A model generated the notes under the pieces. The model was not told where the DNA came from. It ran no database searches and saw nothing but the letters and a program-made list of their open reading frames with translations. Below are positions 33,135 through 34,525 of a DNA stretch of 34,525 nt, one piece after another. This DNA comes from Elusimicrobiota bacterium (lineage in GTDB: Bacteria; Elusimicrobiota; UBA8919): positions 1-34,525 of the forward strand of contig DMMW01000010.1 in the NCBI GenBank assembly GCA_003452965.1, read 5' to 3'. Every line of letters begins with the position of its first letter. Position 1 is the stretch's first letter. Position numbers and translations under genes: made by a program.

Positions 33135-34169
33135 ATGAGTGAAAATCGTATCGTTTTAGACAAAACTTATTTGAATTTCTTAAACGAAATCAAACACAAA
33201 ATTGCTTCTGCAAGAATACAAGCAAGTCGGCATTTAAATAAGGAATTGATAGAACTTTACTGGGATATCGGAAAAACAATTATTGAGAAACAAAAGCAAT
33301 ATGGATGGGGACAAAGTATCGTTGAAAAATTAGCCAATGATTTGCAAAATGGATTTCCTAATTTGCGGGGATACTCAAGTCGTAATCTATGGGATATGAG
33401 AAGATTTTATGATACATATAAAGATTCATCAATTCTGCGACAGCTTGTCGCAGAAATACCATGGGGACACAACCTAATGATTATAAACAAAATATCCAAC
33501 ATGAAAGAACGAGAATATTATATTAAATCATCGCGTGATATGGGTTGGTCCAGGAACGTACTTCTGAATCAAATTAAAGCCGGAGCATATCAATTAAGTT
33601 TAAGAAAAAAACAACACAACTTTGAAAAAGCTTTACCTGTACATCTTTCAGAACAAGCGGATGAATCACTTAAAAGTGTTTATAGCCTGGATTTTCTCGG
33701 AATAACAAGACCAGTATTAGAAAGAGAGCTTGAAAAACGGCTTATTGAAAAAATTAAACATTTTCTGCTTGAACTTGGTTCGGGGTTTTCATTCATCGGC
33801 AATCAGTATCGGCTTGAATTAGACGGCACTGAATATTTTGTTGATTTGTTATTTTTTAACCGTAAAATTAAATGTCTCGTTGCCGTTGAACTTAAAACAG
33901 GTAAATTTCAGCCCGAATATGCCGGAAAAATGGATTTTTATCTACATCTACTAAACGAACAGACCCGCCTGAAAGATGAAAACCCGCCGATAGGAATTAT
34001 TCTTTGTGCCGATAAAAGTAATATAACCGTTGAATACGCTTTAAGAAGCGTTAAAAATCCTATGGGTGTATCACAATACAATTTAACAACAAAACTTCCC
34101 GCTGAACTTAAAAAAGTTTTACCGTCGGAAAAGGAAATGAAGAATCAACTTTTAGAAGAAATTAAGTGA
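33135..34169 (+). CDS. YhcG-family PD-(D/E)XK nuclease (DUF1016)
   Basis: The N-terminal domain LIELYWDIGKTIIEKQKQYGWGQSIVEKLANDL...RGYSSRNLWDMRRFY is classic DUF1016. The C-terminal nuclease core is YFVDLLFFNRKIKCLVAVELKTGKF. The start lies 13 nt after the helicase stop. Confidence 0.85.
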   Translation: MSENRIVLDKTYLNFLNEIKHKIASARIQASRHLNKELIELYWDIGKTIIEKQKQYGWGQSIVEKLANDLQNGFPNLRGYSSRNLWDMRRFYDTYKDSSILRQLVAEIPWGHNLMIINKISNMKEREYYIKSSRDMGWSRNVLLNQIKAGAYQLSLRKKQHNFEKALPVHLSEQADESLKSVYSLDFLGITRPVLERELEKRLIEKIKHFLLELGSGFSFIGNQYRLELDGTEYFVDLLFFNRKIKCLVAVELKTGKFQPEYAGKMDFYLHLLNEQTRLKDENPPIGIILCADKSNITVEYALRSVKNPMGVSQYNLTTKLPAELKKVLPSEKEMKNQLLEEIK

Positions 34170-34364
34170 CAAAATACCGGAAATGATTGGTAATGCTCAC
34201 TATATAGATGTCTGTCCCTATTAAATAACATACCATCAACTGATACAGTCGCAAGAGGACAATATAGTGAAGTAAAAAAAACGACAAATTGTCCGCCATT
34301 CGATGAATGGTGGAACAAAAGTGATTGGCTGTGTTGGTTGTAGGGATTTGCGATGTCTTGTAGT

Positions 34365-34456
34365 GGCAGGGTTTCCCTGCCTCCGCCAGTTGGCAGATGT
34401 AGCCGCAGAGCGAAGCTCTGCCTATATTGTCATTCCTGAATGTCTCTATCAGGAAT
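34365..34456. repeat. Cluster of three GC-rich stem-loops in a locally GC-rich intergenic segment (REP-like)
   Basis: ggcaggg-ttt-ccctgcc (34365-34381), gcagagc-gaa-gctctgc (34405-34421) and attcctga-N9-tcaggaat (34432-34456). Confidence 0.5.
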
Positions 34457-34525
34457 CCAAAAATGGGTACAACAAATGTCGTATTGAAAGCCTATTCGCC
34501 GAAACTCTCGTAGTGTAGGCGGGAC

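Noticed and set aside
34303-34518. 71-aa ORF (MNGGTKVIGCVGCRDLRCLVVAGFPCLRQ...)
   Set aside because: It is the translation of the GC-rich hairpin cluster. The open frame is a by-product of stop-codon-poor GC-rich repeats.
16374-34525. gcctacacta...ttcggc at 16378-16400 resembling the reverse complement of 34493-34522, and the recurring RCTCCAT hexamer near several GC-rich patches
   Set aside because: Matches of 10 + 6 nt and a 6-mer are within chance expectation for this window size. They are noted only as a weak hint of a dispersed repeat family.

Overview
This is an AT-rich bacterial chromosomal window (roughly one-third G+C by eye). The host is probably diderm, since a TolC-like gene and an RND pump gene are present, and many genes have strong GGAGG ribosome-binding sites. 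All family calls come from reading motifs in the supplied translations. No database search was possible.

Layout, left to right:
1. 0.2-3.2 kb, minus strand: an SDR, a class II aldolase and a DhnA/LsrF-type class I aldolase. A 21-22-copy heptamer array lies inside this cluster.
2. 3.3-6.3 kb: a cupin and a CE7 acetyl-xylan esterase, then a rearrangement scar made of a ychF-like 5' fragment and an internally deleted cupin copy. After the scar come a divergent UDG-superfamily ORF and a translationally coupled YchF-like protein with a degenerate P-loop.
3. 6.4-9 kb: a small Cys-containing ORF, a URO-D-like protein, a perfect 102-bp tandem duplication carrying two hairpins, and ldh.
4. 9-16.4 kb: an apparent osmoadaptation operon of otsA, an orphan histidine kinase, a ClC channel, otsB, a two-repeat unknown protein and a TreT-like synthase. 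The ClC/otsB junction is split by an inverted-repeat element flanked by a 37-bp exact duplication.
5. 16.4-21.9 kb, minus strand: a CE4 deacetylase, a zincin-like peptidase, an RND pump and a TolC-like protein, with no adaptor (MFP) gene.
6. 22.4-26.8 kb: a visibly GC-richer SPFH gene and zinc-ribbon gene, an alpha-glucan phosphorylase, and pyruvate kinase.
7. About 26.85 kb to the window end: a decayed accessory, defence-island-like region. It holds two gene remnants, an intact DUF4062-COG2865 fusion protein ending in a G-quadruplex-type repeat, a truncated IS3-family remnant, a PLD-nuclease/SNF2-helicase fusion with an adjacent YhcG/DUF1016 nuclease, and a GC-rich hairpin cluster.

No rRNA, tRNA or CRISPR array was recognised.

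The best candidates for an undescribed system are the PLD-SNF2 + DUF1016 pair, the neighbouring DUF4062 fusion, and the UDG-like/pseudo-YchF pair.
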